The translations under genes were made by a program, and so were the position numbers. Shown here piece by piece: positions 39,806 to 52,363 of a DNA stretch of 64,000 nucleotides. This DNA comes from Anaeramoeba ignava BMAN (taxonomy: Eukaryota; Protista; Anaeramoebae), in contig JAPDFW010000116.1 in NCBI GenBank assembly GCA_028826165.1, positions 113,392-177,391 on the forward strand. Reading direction: 5' to 3'. Every line of letters starts with the position of its first letter. The stretch's first letter is position 1. Under the pieces are notes generated by a model. It was not told the origin of the DNA and searched no databases. It worked only from the letters and a program-made list of their open reading frames with translations.

Positions 39806-42800
39806 TTAATTTTTTTTCAAATAAGCAGGCATAAAAACAGAAATTAAAGAATCTGAAGTTGCAGCCAAATATAATTGATAAGGATGAAAATTAATTGCAT
39901 AAAAAAGTCCAAATTTTTGAACAATAAAAGCGTCATAATAACCAATTTTACCCATTAATTCACCATTTGTATTAAGGATACTAACATTATCATTTTTTAC
40001 AGCACTAAATATAAATATTAATTTAAATTTAATTTAATTTAAATTTAATTTAAAATTTAAAAATTGATTTAAATTTGATTTGAATTTGATTTAAAAATTA
40101 CCTCGCAATTAAAGGAGCATAATCACTCATTTCTAATGCAGTTAAACTATTATGAAGATTCAAAGTTTTTACAGGTTGTGGATATCTAAAATCCCAAAAC
40201 TTAATAACACCAGCAGAAGAACCAGTAATTAAAGTATTTTCATCTCCTTTCTGTTTGCAAATATTAATAATACGAGATTTATGTTCTGAAAAAGCAAATT
40301 TCAAAGAAGTGGAACGTTTATCTCTTAAATCATAAACTAAAAATCTTCCGTTATAAGATCCGCCAAAAAGAATATTTTTATCTTGAGGATCATGCTTCAA
40401 AGAAGTCAATCTTTGCTCACAATTACTAGGCAAAGTTTGATATTCAATTTCAGTATTAACATCCCAAATCTTAATAGCTCTATTCTCTCCAAAAACGGAA
40501 ACAAATCCGTTGTCTGGATTCCAGTCAAAAACACAACGTGAATCTTTCGAAGTTGATTTTTCCTCTAAATATGGGAAAGAACGCCAAGCTGAAACCATTT
40601 TGGGCTGTTCATCTCGATTGTTCATTAAAAATGTGTCCCATATCTTCACTATCCCATCAGTGGAGCCTGTCATAATTAAGCCACTATCATACTCGTTGAC
40701 AAGTGACAGAAAAGACAATCGAGATTTTCCCGAATTTCCGTTTTCGAATTTTTTAATGGATTTCCCTGGATTGACTGTCCAATCCCAAATTCTTATGGTG
40801 TTTCTTCCATCGATCGAGAAAAGAAACGGTTCAAAAGGATGAAATATAATTGATGTGACTTTTTTGGTTTGGTTGTCCATCACAGAGCAGCTTTCGGTGA
40901 TTTGCTGTTTCTTTTTTTGTGAAGAATATACTTTCATATCGTTAATCATTGCTTGTTTAGTTTTCATAATTGAATTAATATCTCGCATTTTTCTTTTTTT
41001 CTTTTTCTTTTTGTTGTTATTTTTATTTTGATTTTGATTTTGATTTTGATTTTGGTTTTGGTTTTGATGTTTTTCTTGATAACTTCGAATAAGATTTGAA
41101 TTATTTGATGTATATTCTTGGGGAACATTAAATGTATCAACACACATATCAAATAAATTCGAACGTAAAGGTTCGAGTTTTGATGAGTGTGTTTTCTGCA
41201 CTTTATCATTTTCGTTTTCGTGATATATTATTGACTGAGTTGATTCAGCTTTTTTGGGTGTTAAGAATTTTTTTTTGATTGGATTTTTTGGAGAAACAAT
41301 ATTGGGTTTTGTTTTTGGTTCTTTTTCGTGTTCCAAATCAATATTTTCAATTGTTTTATTTTTCTCATTGATTTCTTGAAAAGAATCTTTTGATTTTTTT
41401 GCGTTTGGTGAGAAAATTTCTGTCAAACTTCTTGGAGTTGTTTTGCGGAATGTTGTTGATGTTTTTAGTTTCCTGTTGCTTTTATTAATTGGTTGTAAAG
41501 TGTTTGAATTATTTGATAAGTCTTGGTTCTTCAGTTCTTTTTTGAGATAATTAATTGTTCCATCGTCTTTTGATTTGAATAAATGTGAATGATTTGGAAA
41601 CCAATATATTTTAAGTTTTTGAATAAATTGCTTTGCCAGCTGCTCAATTTCTTCATCAGGATCAAGTGTGAATGAAACAAGTGATTTCCATATCATTGAG
41701 AATATTGTTGAGTTATGATCGTATTGGATTTCCTGTTTATTATTTTCGAGTTTGCCGAGTTCGTAATCTATATCCATTGCAATATCCTTAATTTTATCTA
41801 TTATTATTTTTTTTTAAATGTATTTTTTTCAATATTTTTTCCAAATATATTATTTTTAAATATATTTTTTTTTTCAAACCTGAATAAAAACACACTAATT
41901 TTGTTAGCATCACTAATAACTCTTTTCTTACTAAAGGACTCCCATCATTTGCAATAGCTAATAATGAAATACTCATTCTTAATTCTTCAGAAGTCCTTGT
42001 TTCTTGTGTTCTATTTTCATAAATTATATTAGAAAGTCCATAAACAGCACAAGCTCTAACAATGGGAATTGGATCTTTCAAAAATCTGAAAAATTTATCA
42101 GAAATTCCATCAACAAGCGCCGAGTATTTTGCTTCATCATAACCTTCCATTAGTTTTGATAAACATAAACATGCCCATTGATGAACTATTGGGGATTGCT
42201 CATCTAATTTTGGCAAGCAAATATTTAATAAATGCGAACGATGACATTTTATTTTTCCTTCTAAATAATTGTCTTGAAGTAATGAAATGACAAGAGCAGT
42301 TGATGCAAAATTTTCAGGTGATAATTGAGGATTTGATAATGTGCTAATAAAATGAATATAACCTTTTTCTCTAACAAGATCTTCTTGGCATTTCTTTTTT
42401 TTTTTTGGATTATAAATTTCAATATAAAAATTATAAATATTTTTTTTTTTAAAAAAAAATTTTTTTCATTCTCATCAAAAAATACTTGGTCATAAGTTAA
42501 TATTTTCCCCCAAATTGTAATTAAAATCATTTTCAATTCAAAATCTTGAGTTGGAAGAAGCATTAAAACATAAGGAAAAATTCCAACAGTCAAAGCTTTT
42601 TTAACCGCCCATTTTCCAAGATCCAAAAACTTTACCAATAGCAATAAAGCATGTTTTCTATAATTCTGGCTCAATAATAACTGCAAAATAATCGGGAGTT
42701 GACCGACCCCAAATTGCAATTCTGTTCCCGAAGTGAGCCAACTTTCAAAAGCAATCAATTGATCCTGGAAAAATGAATTGAATTTATATGGACGGTTTTC

Positions 42801-44827
42801 AGAAGTATTTTTATCGGGAAATTGGGATATGCAAATATCAAGCGCCAAATCCCAAGTTTTCCAAAGAGGATGTTGATGAGTAGGAGGCAAAGAGGGAACA
42901 GAAAATGGAGTGCAACCGAAATTTCTCATTATTCTTGAGGCTAATAAAAAATTCCTAAACAAAGCAGCAATTAGCAAATCATCGCGATAAAGTTTTTTGA
43001 ACAGTTCCTTGGGGAAAGAACTCCAAGCTATCATATCAGTGATTGAAGTGAAGATCCAATTCAATTCACCGAGCGGAGAATTTCGATCTGAAAAATGGCC
43101 TTGAATATTATCCAATTTTTCAATAGGAAGATCAGGCAATAAAGTTCTATGAAGAGATAAACCGGCATGCAAACGAAGAGATATTTTGATTGGTGTTGTT
43201 AAACAGCAAGTAAATAGATCTGCTGGGAGTTTTGCGTTTGTTGGAAGTTCCTCTTCTTGTTGGCATGGCGCGAGTAAAATATAATCGCTTTGTGGTTGTG
43301 TTTCTGTTTGAGATTGAATGAATGGTTCACTAATTAAATCTGCGTTTGCACAATCCATTATGCATATTGATGAGCGTCCCAGCCATGATAAAAGCTCGTA
43401 TATTGAGAGAGGTATATATTGTGTATAATTTTGATTGAATACCCAAAGTTCTCGATTTCGTGTGGGTTTTGGTACTCCTGTTCCGTTGTAATGAAATAGA
43501 GATCGACCGTTTCCAATACTTCGACTTGTTCTTGTGCATGCTTCTTTTAAACTTTCAACTGATGGATCGAGGCATTTTTTGTAAGGGATCTTTAAATTTT
43601 GAATATAAATTAATAAATGAATTTTATAAATGAATTTTAATTATAATTTTATAAATGAATTTTAATTATAATTTTATAAATGAATTTTAATTATAATTTT
43701 ATAAATGAATTTTAATATTGATTTTAATTTTAATTATAATTATAATTTTAATTTTAATTATAATTTTAATTATAATTTTAATTTTAATTTTAATTTTTGA
43801 ATTTAATTTTAATTTTAATTTTGAATTTAATTTTAATTTTGATTATAATTTTAATTTTAATTTTAATTTTAATTTTAATTTTTGAATTTAATTTTAATTT
43901 TAATTTTAATATTGAATTTAATTTTAATTTTTGATTATAATTTTAATTTTAATTTTAATTTTAATTTTAATTTTGAATATAATTTTAATTTTAATTATAA
44001 TTTTAATTATAATATTAATTATAATTTTAATTTTAATTTTAATTTTAATTTTAATTTTAATTTTAATTTTAATTTTAATTTTAATTTTAATTTTAATTTT
44101 GAATATAATTTTAATTTTAATTATAATTTAAATTTTAATTATAATTTTGATTATAATTTTAATTTTGATTATAATTTTAATTTTAATTATAATTATAATA
44201 TTAATTTTAAATTTTAATTATAATTTTGAATTTAATTTTAATTTTAATTTTAATTTTAATTTTAATTTTAATTTTAATTTTAATTTTGAATATAATTATA
44301 ATTTTAATTTTAATTTTAATTTTAATTTTAATTTTCAATTTAATTTTAATTTTAATTTTAATTTTAATTATAATTTTCAATTTGATTTTAATTTTAATTT
44401 TAATTTTTGAATTTAATTTTGATTTTAATTTTGAATATAATTTCATTTTCAAATTTCAAATTATAATTCAGATTTTGAATCTACTTTTGGTTGCCAACGT
44501 TTATATTGATTTTCAAGAGCATTTCCAATTTCAACTAAAGCTTGAGGTTCATTCATTGATATAGGATTTATCCAACATTGAAGAATAGCTGAAGGATCTG
44601 GTTTACGAACATCAGGAGGATCAGTTCCAATATTCAAACATAAGCATAAAGTTGCTCCTTTTACTTTTTTCTGAAAAGAAATATAATTAAATTTTCAATT
44701 AATATAATTTATAGTTATATTTATTTTTATATTTATATTTATTTACTCTGTTTTGAACTCTCCATGTTTTTTTGGGTTTTCTTGTTGATGATAATTTCCT
44801 TTTATGATAAGGTTGATTAAAAAACAT
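39806..44827 (-). CDS. RPTOR: Raptor/KOG1, TORC1 subunit, 6 exons
   Basis: CLNIGTDPPDV, LPADLFTCCLTTPIK, RNSPLGELNWIFTSITD.IAW, LPPTHQHPLW..WDLALD, HEAT repeats, C-terminal WD40. Confidence 0.95.
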
Positions 44828-44994
44828 TTGAAAGAAAAAAAATCAAAAAATATAAAATAGAAAAAAGGAAAAGGAAAAAAATAAAATTTTGTTTTTTCAT
44901 TTTTTTTTAAATTTAATTTTTAAATCAAAAAAAAAATACAAATTAGTCAAATATAATTCAAAATTACTAATTTTTTCTTTATTAATTTTTTTCC

Positions 44995-47000
44995 AAATCT
45001 AAATTTATTTTGAATAATATTTAATTTGGATTTTAATTGATTTATATTTAATTAATAAAATATTTAAATTTAAATTTATTTTGAATAATATTTAATTTAT
45101 ATTTTAATTGATTTATATTTAATTTATAAAATATTTAAATTTAAATTTATTTTGATTTATATTTAATTTGGATTTTAATTGATTAAATATTTAATTAATA
45201 AAATATTTAAATCTAAATCTATTTTGATTTATATTTAATTTGGATTTTAATTGATTTATATTTAATTTGGATTTTAATTGATTTATATTTAATTTGGATT
45301 TTAATTGATTTATATTTAATTAATAAAATATTTAAATCTAAATCTATTTTGAATAATATTTAATTTGGATTTTAATTGATTTATATTTAATTAATAAAAT
45401 ATTTAAATCTAAATCTATTTTGATTTATATTTAATTTGGATTTTGATTGATTTAAATAATTGATTTATATTTAATTTGGATTTTAATTGATTTATATTTA
45501 ATTAATAAAATATTTAAATTTAAATCTATTTTTAATATTAAAATTTTAGATTTTAATTGATTAAAATATTTTTGATTTATATTTAATTTGGATTTTAATT
45601 GATTAAATATTTTGATTTATATTTAATTAATAAAATATTTAAATTTAAATTTATTTTTGAATAATATTTAATTTGGATTTTGATTGATTTATATTTAATT
45701 AATAAAATATTTAAATCTAAATATATTTTGAATAATATTTAATTTGGATTTTAATTGATTTAATATTTAATTAATAAAATATTTAAATTTAAATTTATTT
45801 TAATTTATATTTAATTTGGATTTTTAATTGATTTATATTTAATTAATAAAATATTTAAATTTAAATCTATTTTGATTTATTTAATTTAGTTTTAATTGAT
45901 TAAATATTTTGATTTATATTTAATTTGGATTTTAATTGATTAAATATTTTGATTTATATTTAATTAATAAAATATTTAAATTTAAATTTATTTTGAATAA
46001 TATTTAATTTGGATTTTTAATTGATTTATATTTAATTAATAAAATATTTAATTTTAAATATATTTTGAATAATATTTAATTTGGATTTTAATTGATTAAA
46101 TATTTAATTAATAAAATATTTAAATCTAAATTTATTTTGAATAATATTTAATTTGGATTTTTGATTGATTTATATTTAATTAATAAAATATTTAAATTTA
46201 AACTATATTTTGAATAATATTTAATTTGGATTTAAATTGATTTATATTTAATTAATAAAATATTTAAATCTAAATCTATTTTTGAATAATATTTAATTTG
46301 GATTTTAATTGATTAAATATTTTTGAATAATATTTAAATCTAAATCTATTTTGAATAATATTTAATTTGGATTTTTTGATTGACTTAATTTAAAATATTT
46401 AAATTCTAAAATTTTAAAAATATTTAAATTTTTAAATTTATATTTTGAATAAAATATTTAATTTTAAATATATTTTGAATAATATTTAATTTGGATTTTA
46501 ATTGATTAAATATTTAATTAATAAAATATTTAAATCTAAATTTATTTTGAATAATATTTAATTTATGATTTTGATTGATTTATATTTAATTAATAAAAAT
46601 TTAATTTTAAAATATTTTGAATTAAATTTGGATTTTAATTGATTAAATATTTAATTAATAAAATATTTAAATCTATTTTTGATTTATATTTAATTTGGAT
46701 TTTAATTGATTTATATTTAATTTATAAAATATTTAAATCTAAATCTATTTTGATTTATATTTAATTTGGATTTTAATTGATTTATATTTAATTAATAAAA
46801 TATTTAAATCTAAATCTATTTTGATTTATATTTAATTTGGATTTTAATTGATTTATATTTAATTAATAAAATATTTAAATTTAAATCTATTTTGAATAAT
46901 ATTTAATTTAGATTTTAATTGATTTATAATATTTAATTAATAAAATATTTAATTAAATAATATTTATTTTGATTTTAATATTTAATTTAGATTTTGAATT
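44995..47000. repeat. degenerate satellite, ~68-bp unit with sub-repeats
   Basis: atttaatttggattttaattga and taaaatatttaaatctaaat recur throughout. Confidence 0.85.
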
Positions 47001-47307
47001 GATTTTAAATATTTAATTCTATTTGAAAATTAGTTTAAATCTTGGAATTCAAATTTATTTTTAGAAAAGAAAAAGAAAAAGAAAAGAATAAAAAAGAATA
47101 ATTTTTTTTGCTTTTGAGGTAATTTGTTGTAATTCAAAACCTATTTACAACCTCAAAACAAATTCCTTTTTTGGTTTGAATATTAATTACTGAAGAAAAA
47201 AAAAAGTTAAAAAAGCAAAAAAAAAATTGAAAAAAAAAGAAAAAAAGAAAAAATTTTTTGTTGTTTTTTTTTCAAGAAGCATAAGAAAATAAGAAACGGC
47301 AAACAGT

Positions 47308-47863
47308 TCAAATAAAGAAATCATCTATACCAATCAAATCATTGAACATATCTTCATCTTCCTCTTCGGGTTTCTTAGCAGGTTGTTGGGAAGTATTTCG
47401 ATAAGCAAGAGCAAGTGCGCGAGAAACAAAATTTTGGAAGTAATTTAGATGCTTCCGTAAGGCCTTAGTCTCAGCCTCGTATACAGCTTGCTTCACCTTA
47501 AACTCTTCATTCTCTTTCGTAAGGATTTTCATTCCTTTGTTTAAGCTCGTCAATCCGCTCCTTTTGTCTTTCTCTTGAACTTTTTTTCCGTTTTTTTGAG
47601 TCAATTTTTGGTTTTTTAATTTCCGTTTCTTCTTTAAATTCTTTTATCTCTTCTTGTTCTCTTGTTTCTGTTTTTTCAATTTCTTCTTTTTCTTCAGCTT
47701 TCCGTTTATTTTTTGAATTATTTTCATTTTTGTTAATTTCGGTTAAAGAAAATGGAAATTGAAATTGTAATTCTTCTGGAATTGGAAAATCCATAAAATT
47801 TGGAACTGAAAAATTGTTAGTTTTGGAATCTGTAAATAAACGAATATTATTGAATAAATCCAT
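47308..47863 (-). CDS. bZIP-like transcription factor with an apparent 1-nt frameshift near 47525
   Basis: Basic region KKRKKSSRERQKERIDELKQRNE joins heptads LTKENEEFKVKQAVYEAETKALRKHL if one base is removed. Confidence 0.65.
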
Positions 47864-48097
47864 TTTGTTTATTAAAATTCTTTTAGACAAAAAAAAAGAG
47901 AAAAAAAAAATGAAAAAAATGAAAAAAATTTAAATTGAAAAAAAAAATTTTTTTAATTTAAAATAATAAGAAGAAAAAAAAATTTTTTAATTAAAAAAGG
48001 AGAAAAAAAAATTTTTGTTTTTTCATTTTTTTTCTTTCATTTTTTTTCATTTATTTCCTTTTTTTAAAACACAAAAAACAAACACAAAAAACAAAAA

Positions 48098-51028
48098 ATG
48101 CAAAATCAATCAAGTACAAATATTTTTTAAAAATAAAAATAAAAATAAAAATATAAAAACTTATCAATTTTTTTTAATAAATTAAAGATATTAAAGAATT
48201 ACTTTCTCCAATTGAATTAAATTATTTTAATGTTATTTTCAATAAACTTGATAAAAGCCAAACAGAAAATTTAGGAAAGAATAATTGTATTTCACTATTT
48301 AATTTATCAGGAATTGATAATACAACATTAATAGGCGTAAAAATTAATTATTTTTAAATTAAAATTAATATTTATTTTTAAATTAATATTAATATTTATT
48401 TTAAAATTAATATTTATTTTTTAAGTTTTGGAAATTTGTTGATTCTTCTGAAGTTGGAATTATTGACCGTTCACAATTTTATATTCTTATGAGAATGATT
48501 GGATTGTTTCAAAAAGGAAATTTAACGAAAGAAACTTTATTCCAAAATCTTTCAAAAGATCGTAATTTAAAATAAATAATAATTTTAATTTAAAATAAAT
48601 AATAATTTTAATTTAAAATAAAAATAATTTTAATTTAAAATAAAAATAATTTTATTGCTTTCTTTTTTTAGAAAATCCACCACTTCCTGTTTTTAATCAA
48701 AATACACAAAAAGAAGAAAATCAACAAAAATCAATACCAAATCAAAATATTTCACAAACTTTTCCAGTAGATCCACAAAATTTTGATATGTTTCAAGGGT
48801 TATTTAATGATCTTGATGTAAACAAAACAGGATTTGTAACAAGTAATTTTAAAAAAACAAAAACAAAAATAAAAATAAAATTTTAATAAAAATTTTAATA
48901 AAAATTGTTTAAATCATGATTAGATCAACAAGTTCAAAACATTTTTGGGGAATCAGGAGTTAGTGAACAAAATATAAACCAAATTTGGAATTTACTTGAT
49001 CCAACTAATTCTAAAAAATTACCAAAAGAAGAATTTATAATTTCAATGCATCTTATTCTTCAATGTAGAAATGGTCAAAATGTTCCAAATAAAATTAATA
49101 AAAAGGAATTATTTCAATATATTGATCCAAATCAACTTAAACAAGCAAATCAAAATCAAAATCAAAATTTAAAAATCAAAATCAAAATCAAAATCAAAAT
49201 CAAAATCAAAATCAAAATCAAGATTTGGAATTCGAAATAGATTTTAATAGAAATAAAAAAAAAAATAATAATAATAAAAATCAAAATCAAACACAACAAA
49301 AAATTGATGAAAATATTGATGGTGATGATGATGATGAATTGTTTAATCAATTTAAACCAAGAAACAAAAATAAATCTTCACAAAAAACAAATTCAAATTC
49401 AAATTCAAATTCAAATTCAACTTCAAATTCGAAAAAAACTTCAAATTCAAATTTAAATTTAGCTTTTGAAAATTCAAAAAAAGAAACAAAACAAACAGAA
49501 AAAAATGAAGATAATTTACTTGGAGATGATTTACTTTTTAATAATTCATCACAAAAAACATCAAATAATTCAAATCCACAAACTAATCAAAATAAAACAA
49601 CAGAATTACCAAAAAATTCCGAAGAAAAAGAAAAATGAAAATGAAAATGAAAATGAAAAAAACAAAGCACAAAATACTAAAAATTTTCTTAATGAAAAAT
49701 CATATGAAATTTTGCATACATTTGAAAACACATTCAATCAAGAATCAAACAAAGTAAAAGAAACAAACGAAAATGACTTAATATCCGAACCACTAGAAAA
49801 TCTGCAAGAAAATACCCAAAGACAAACAACAAAACAATATACACTTCCTGATAGTTTTAATCAGCCATCAATGCAACCCAAAAGTTTTGGGTATTCATCA
49901 CCTATGCCAATTTCAAACACTTCAAATATTTCAATTAATCAACAACCAACATCAAATGAAGAATTAGTTTGGATGGAAAAAATTGCAGAATTGCAACATG
50001 AATTAAGCAAATATCAAAATCAAATACAAGAGGAATCACAAAAAAATCACCAAGTCATTTCAGAAATACGACAACTTAAGCAACAAACAGAAAGAGCAAA
50101 AACTAAGAAAGAGATTTATTTTGAAAGAATTTCAAATATGAAAATCAATATTGAGATGCTTGAACAGCAAAAACATGAATATGAAGATATTATAAATCAA
50201 AAATTGAAATTAAAACTAAGCAAACCAGAATATAAAAAAATTAAGCAACTTGAATCAAATGTGGAAAAAATGAAGATGAAATGTGAAAGCCAGAAAGAAA
50301 AAATCGATAAATGCAAGCAAATTATCAAATCATTTACTGACAAAATACAATCAAAAGAAAAAACTAATATGAATTTTCAAGGAGGACAAGTTGGAATGAA
50401 TATGTCTGAATCACCAAATGAAAAGAAAGAGCCAAATTTGAATTCTAATCTTAATACTAATCTTAATACAAATCTTAATTTAAATTTAAATTCTAATACA
50501 AATTTTGATACAAATCTTAATACAAATTTTGATACAAATCTTAATACAAATCTTAATACAAATCTTAATACAAATCTTAATTCAAATCTTAATTCAAATC
50601 TTAATTCAGATTTCAATAAAGATTTTAATGCAGATTTCAATAAAGATTTTAATGCAGACTTCAATAAAGATTTTAATGCAGACTTCAATAAAGGTTTTAA
50701 TCAAGATTTCAACAAAGATTTCAATAAAGATTTTAATCAAGATTTCAACAAAGATCTTAATCAAGATTTCAATTCAAAAAATCAAAAAAATGATAAATTT
50801 AATTCAGGAAAACTTAATCAAAAAAAATCACTTTTTGATAAGAATATTGATGGTCTTGTTGTTGATAATGATATGTTTGATACAAGAGAAATTGATAAGC
50901 AATTTTCCAAAAACAAATCACAAACTTCTTCTGAAGTTACAGATAACTTTTTTGAAGAGAAAAATGATTTTACAAATGGTTTTAAAACAAATTTTAACCA
51001 AGATTTTAGTGATAATTTCAATTTTTAA
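48098..51028 (+). CDS. Eps15/Ede1-like endocytic adaptor: two EH domains, coiled coil, DF-rich tail; multi-exon, frameshifts in repeats near 49170 and 49635
   Basis: FNKLD..LSGIDNTTL..FWKFVD..QFYILMRMI and FNDLDVNKTGFV..ESGV..IWNLLD..EEFIISMHLI; C-terminus FSDNFNF*. Confidence 0.78.
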
Positions 51029-51177
51029 AAAAAAAATTTAATAATAATAATAATAATAATTTTTTTTACAATTTTCTTTTTTTTGAAGAATAAATTCAAA
51101 TTAAGAAAATTGAAAAAAAAAAATAATTCATTTTTTTCTTTTAAAAAAAAAATATATAAATATTATTTATAAATATA

Positions 51178-52194
51178 ATGGATAGTTTAAATCATTCACA
51201 AAATAATAATTCAAATGATGAAAAAGAAGATCAAAATAATTTAATAACGGAAAAACCAAAAGAAAAAACAAACAAAGAAAACACGATAGAAAAAAGCAAC
51301 AACAACAAAGAGAAAAAAGAAAAACAAGCACGAGAGCCATTCCGAAAGATTCTTTATTTGAAACAGGATTATCCCGATAATTATATTGACGATTCTTTTT
51401 TGGAAAAATTAATATTAAATGCAAATGTTCATCCATTGAAATTTTGGGAAGTCTCAAAATCGTCATTAGCAATAACACAACAAGTGACGATCGTAATAAT
51501 ATTCTGTCTGGTATTCTTCCATGCTCTCACAAACACCATTACAATCACGCACTTTTTCATACTGGATATTTTTCTAGTGTTGATCGGATACTTTATATTT
51601 TTATTGATTCTCCCGATCAAAACAATTTCAATCAATAAATTCTTGCATCATTTAAAGGTTTTATTGGTGCTTCTTGTTTTGCTTTATTGCGTATCTCCTG
51701 TACTGCGCACTTTGACACAGACATTCTCGCCTGATACCATATGGGCTTTGACAATAATCCTGTTCGTTATCCATTTACTTTCGCAAGATTACGATTATAT
51801 CAACGGACTTTCTGACAAATTGAATGCTCCTTTATCTTTGAATGCCGCAATATTTGCATCTGTAATACTTGCCTCAAGGCTTGATTCTGATATGCTTGTG
51901 TTTGCTTTTGTTTCTTTTGCGATTGAAATATTTGGATTTTTTCCTGTCATCCGACATATGGCTTATAAATTGTCTTTTAAAATTCATTTTTTGCTCACGT
52001 TTTTAATGTGTTTTGGCACTTTTGTTTCCATTTATGTCTTCAATAGATTCTTTTCGTTCTTGTTTGTTGGTGTTTTGTTGATGATGTCTGTGTTTATTCC
52101 TGGTATTTTTACATATTTGCATAGATATAAGATTACTGTTAATGGTCCTTGGGATGAAGCAAAACCAGCCCCTCTTTATTCATTAATGAATTGA
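51178..52194 (+). CDS. PIGC: GPI-GlcNAc transferase subunit PIG-C/GPI2, intronless
   Basis: RKILYLKQDYPDNYID.SFL, SPVLRTLT..FS.DTIWA, SLNAAIFASV.LASRL, GPWDEA. Confidence 0.95.
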   Translation: MDSLNHSQNNNSNDEKEDQNNLITEKPKEKTNKENTIEKSNNNKEKKEKQAREPFRKILYLKQDYPDNYIDDSFLEKLILNANVHPLKFWEVSKSSLAITQQVTIVIIFCLVFFHALTNTITITHFFILDIFLVLIGYFIFLLILPIKTISINKFLHHLKVLLVLLVLLYCVSPVLRTLTQTFSPDTIWALTIILFVIHLLSQDYDYINGLSDKLNAPLSLNAAIFASVILASRLDSDMLVFAFVSFAIEIFGFFPVIRHMAYKLSFKIHFLLTFLMCFGTFVSIYVFNRFFSFLFVGVLLMMSVFIPGIFTYLHRYKITVNGPWDEAKPAPLYSLMN

Positions 52195-52363
52195 ATTAAA
52201 TCTAATAAATTTTAATTTTAAAACAAATTTTAATATCAAAGCAAATATTAAAACAAATATTAATTTTAATATTAATTATAATTTTAATATTAATTTTTTA
52301 ATTTTTTCATTTTTTCATTTTTTCATTTTTCATTTTTTTCATTTTTTTCATTTTTTTAAAATT

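Noticed and set aside
47515-47530. HAC1/XBP1-style unconventional splicing or +1 frameshifting in the bZIP gene
   Set aside because: A single-base deletion repairs the zipper, I saw no paired IRE1-type stem-loops, and indel errors are common in this window
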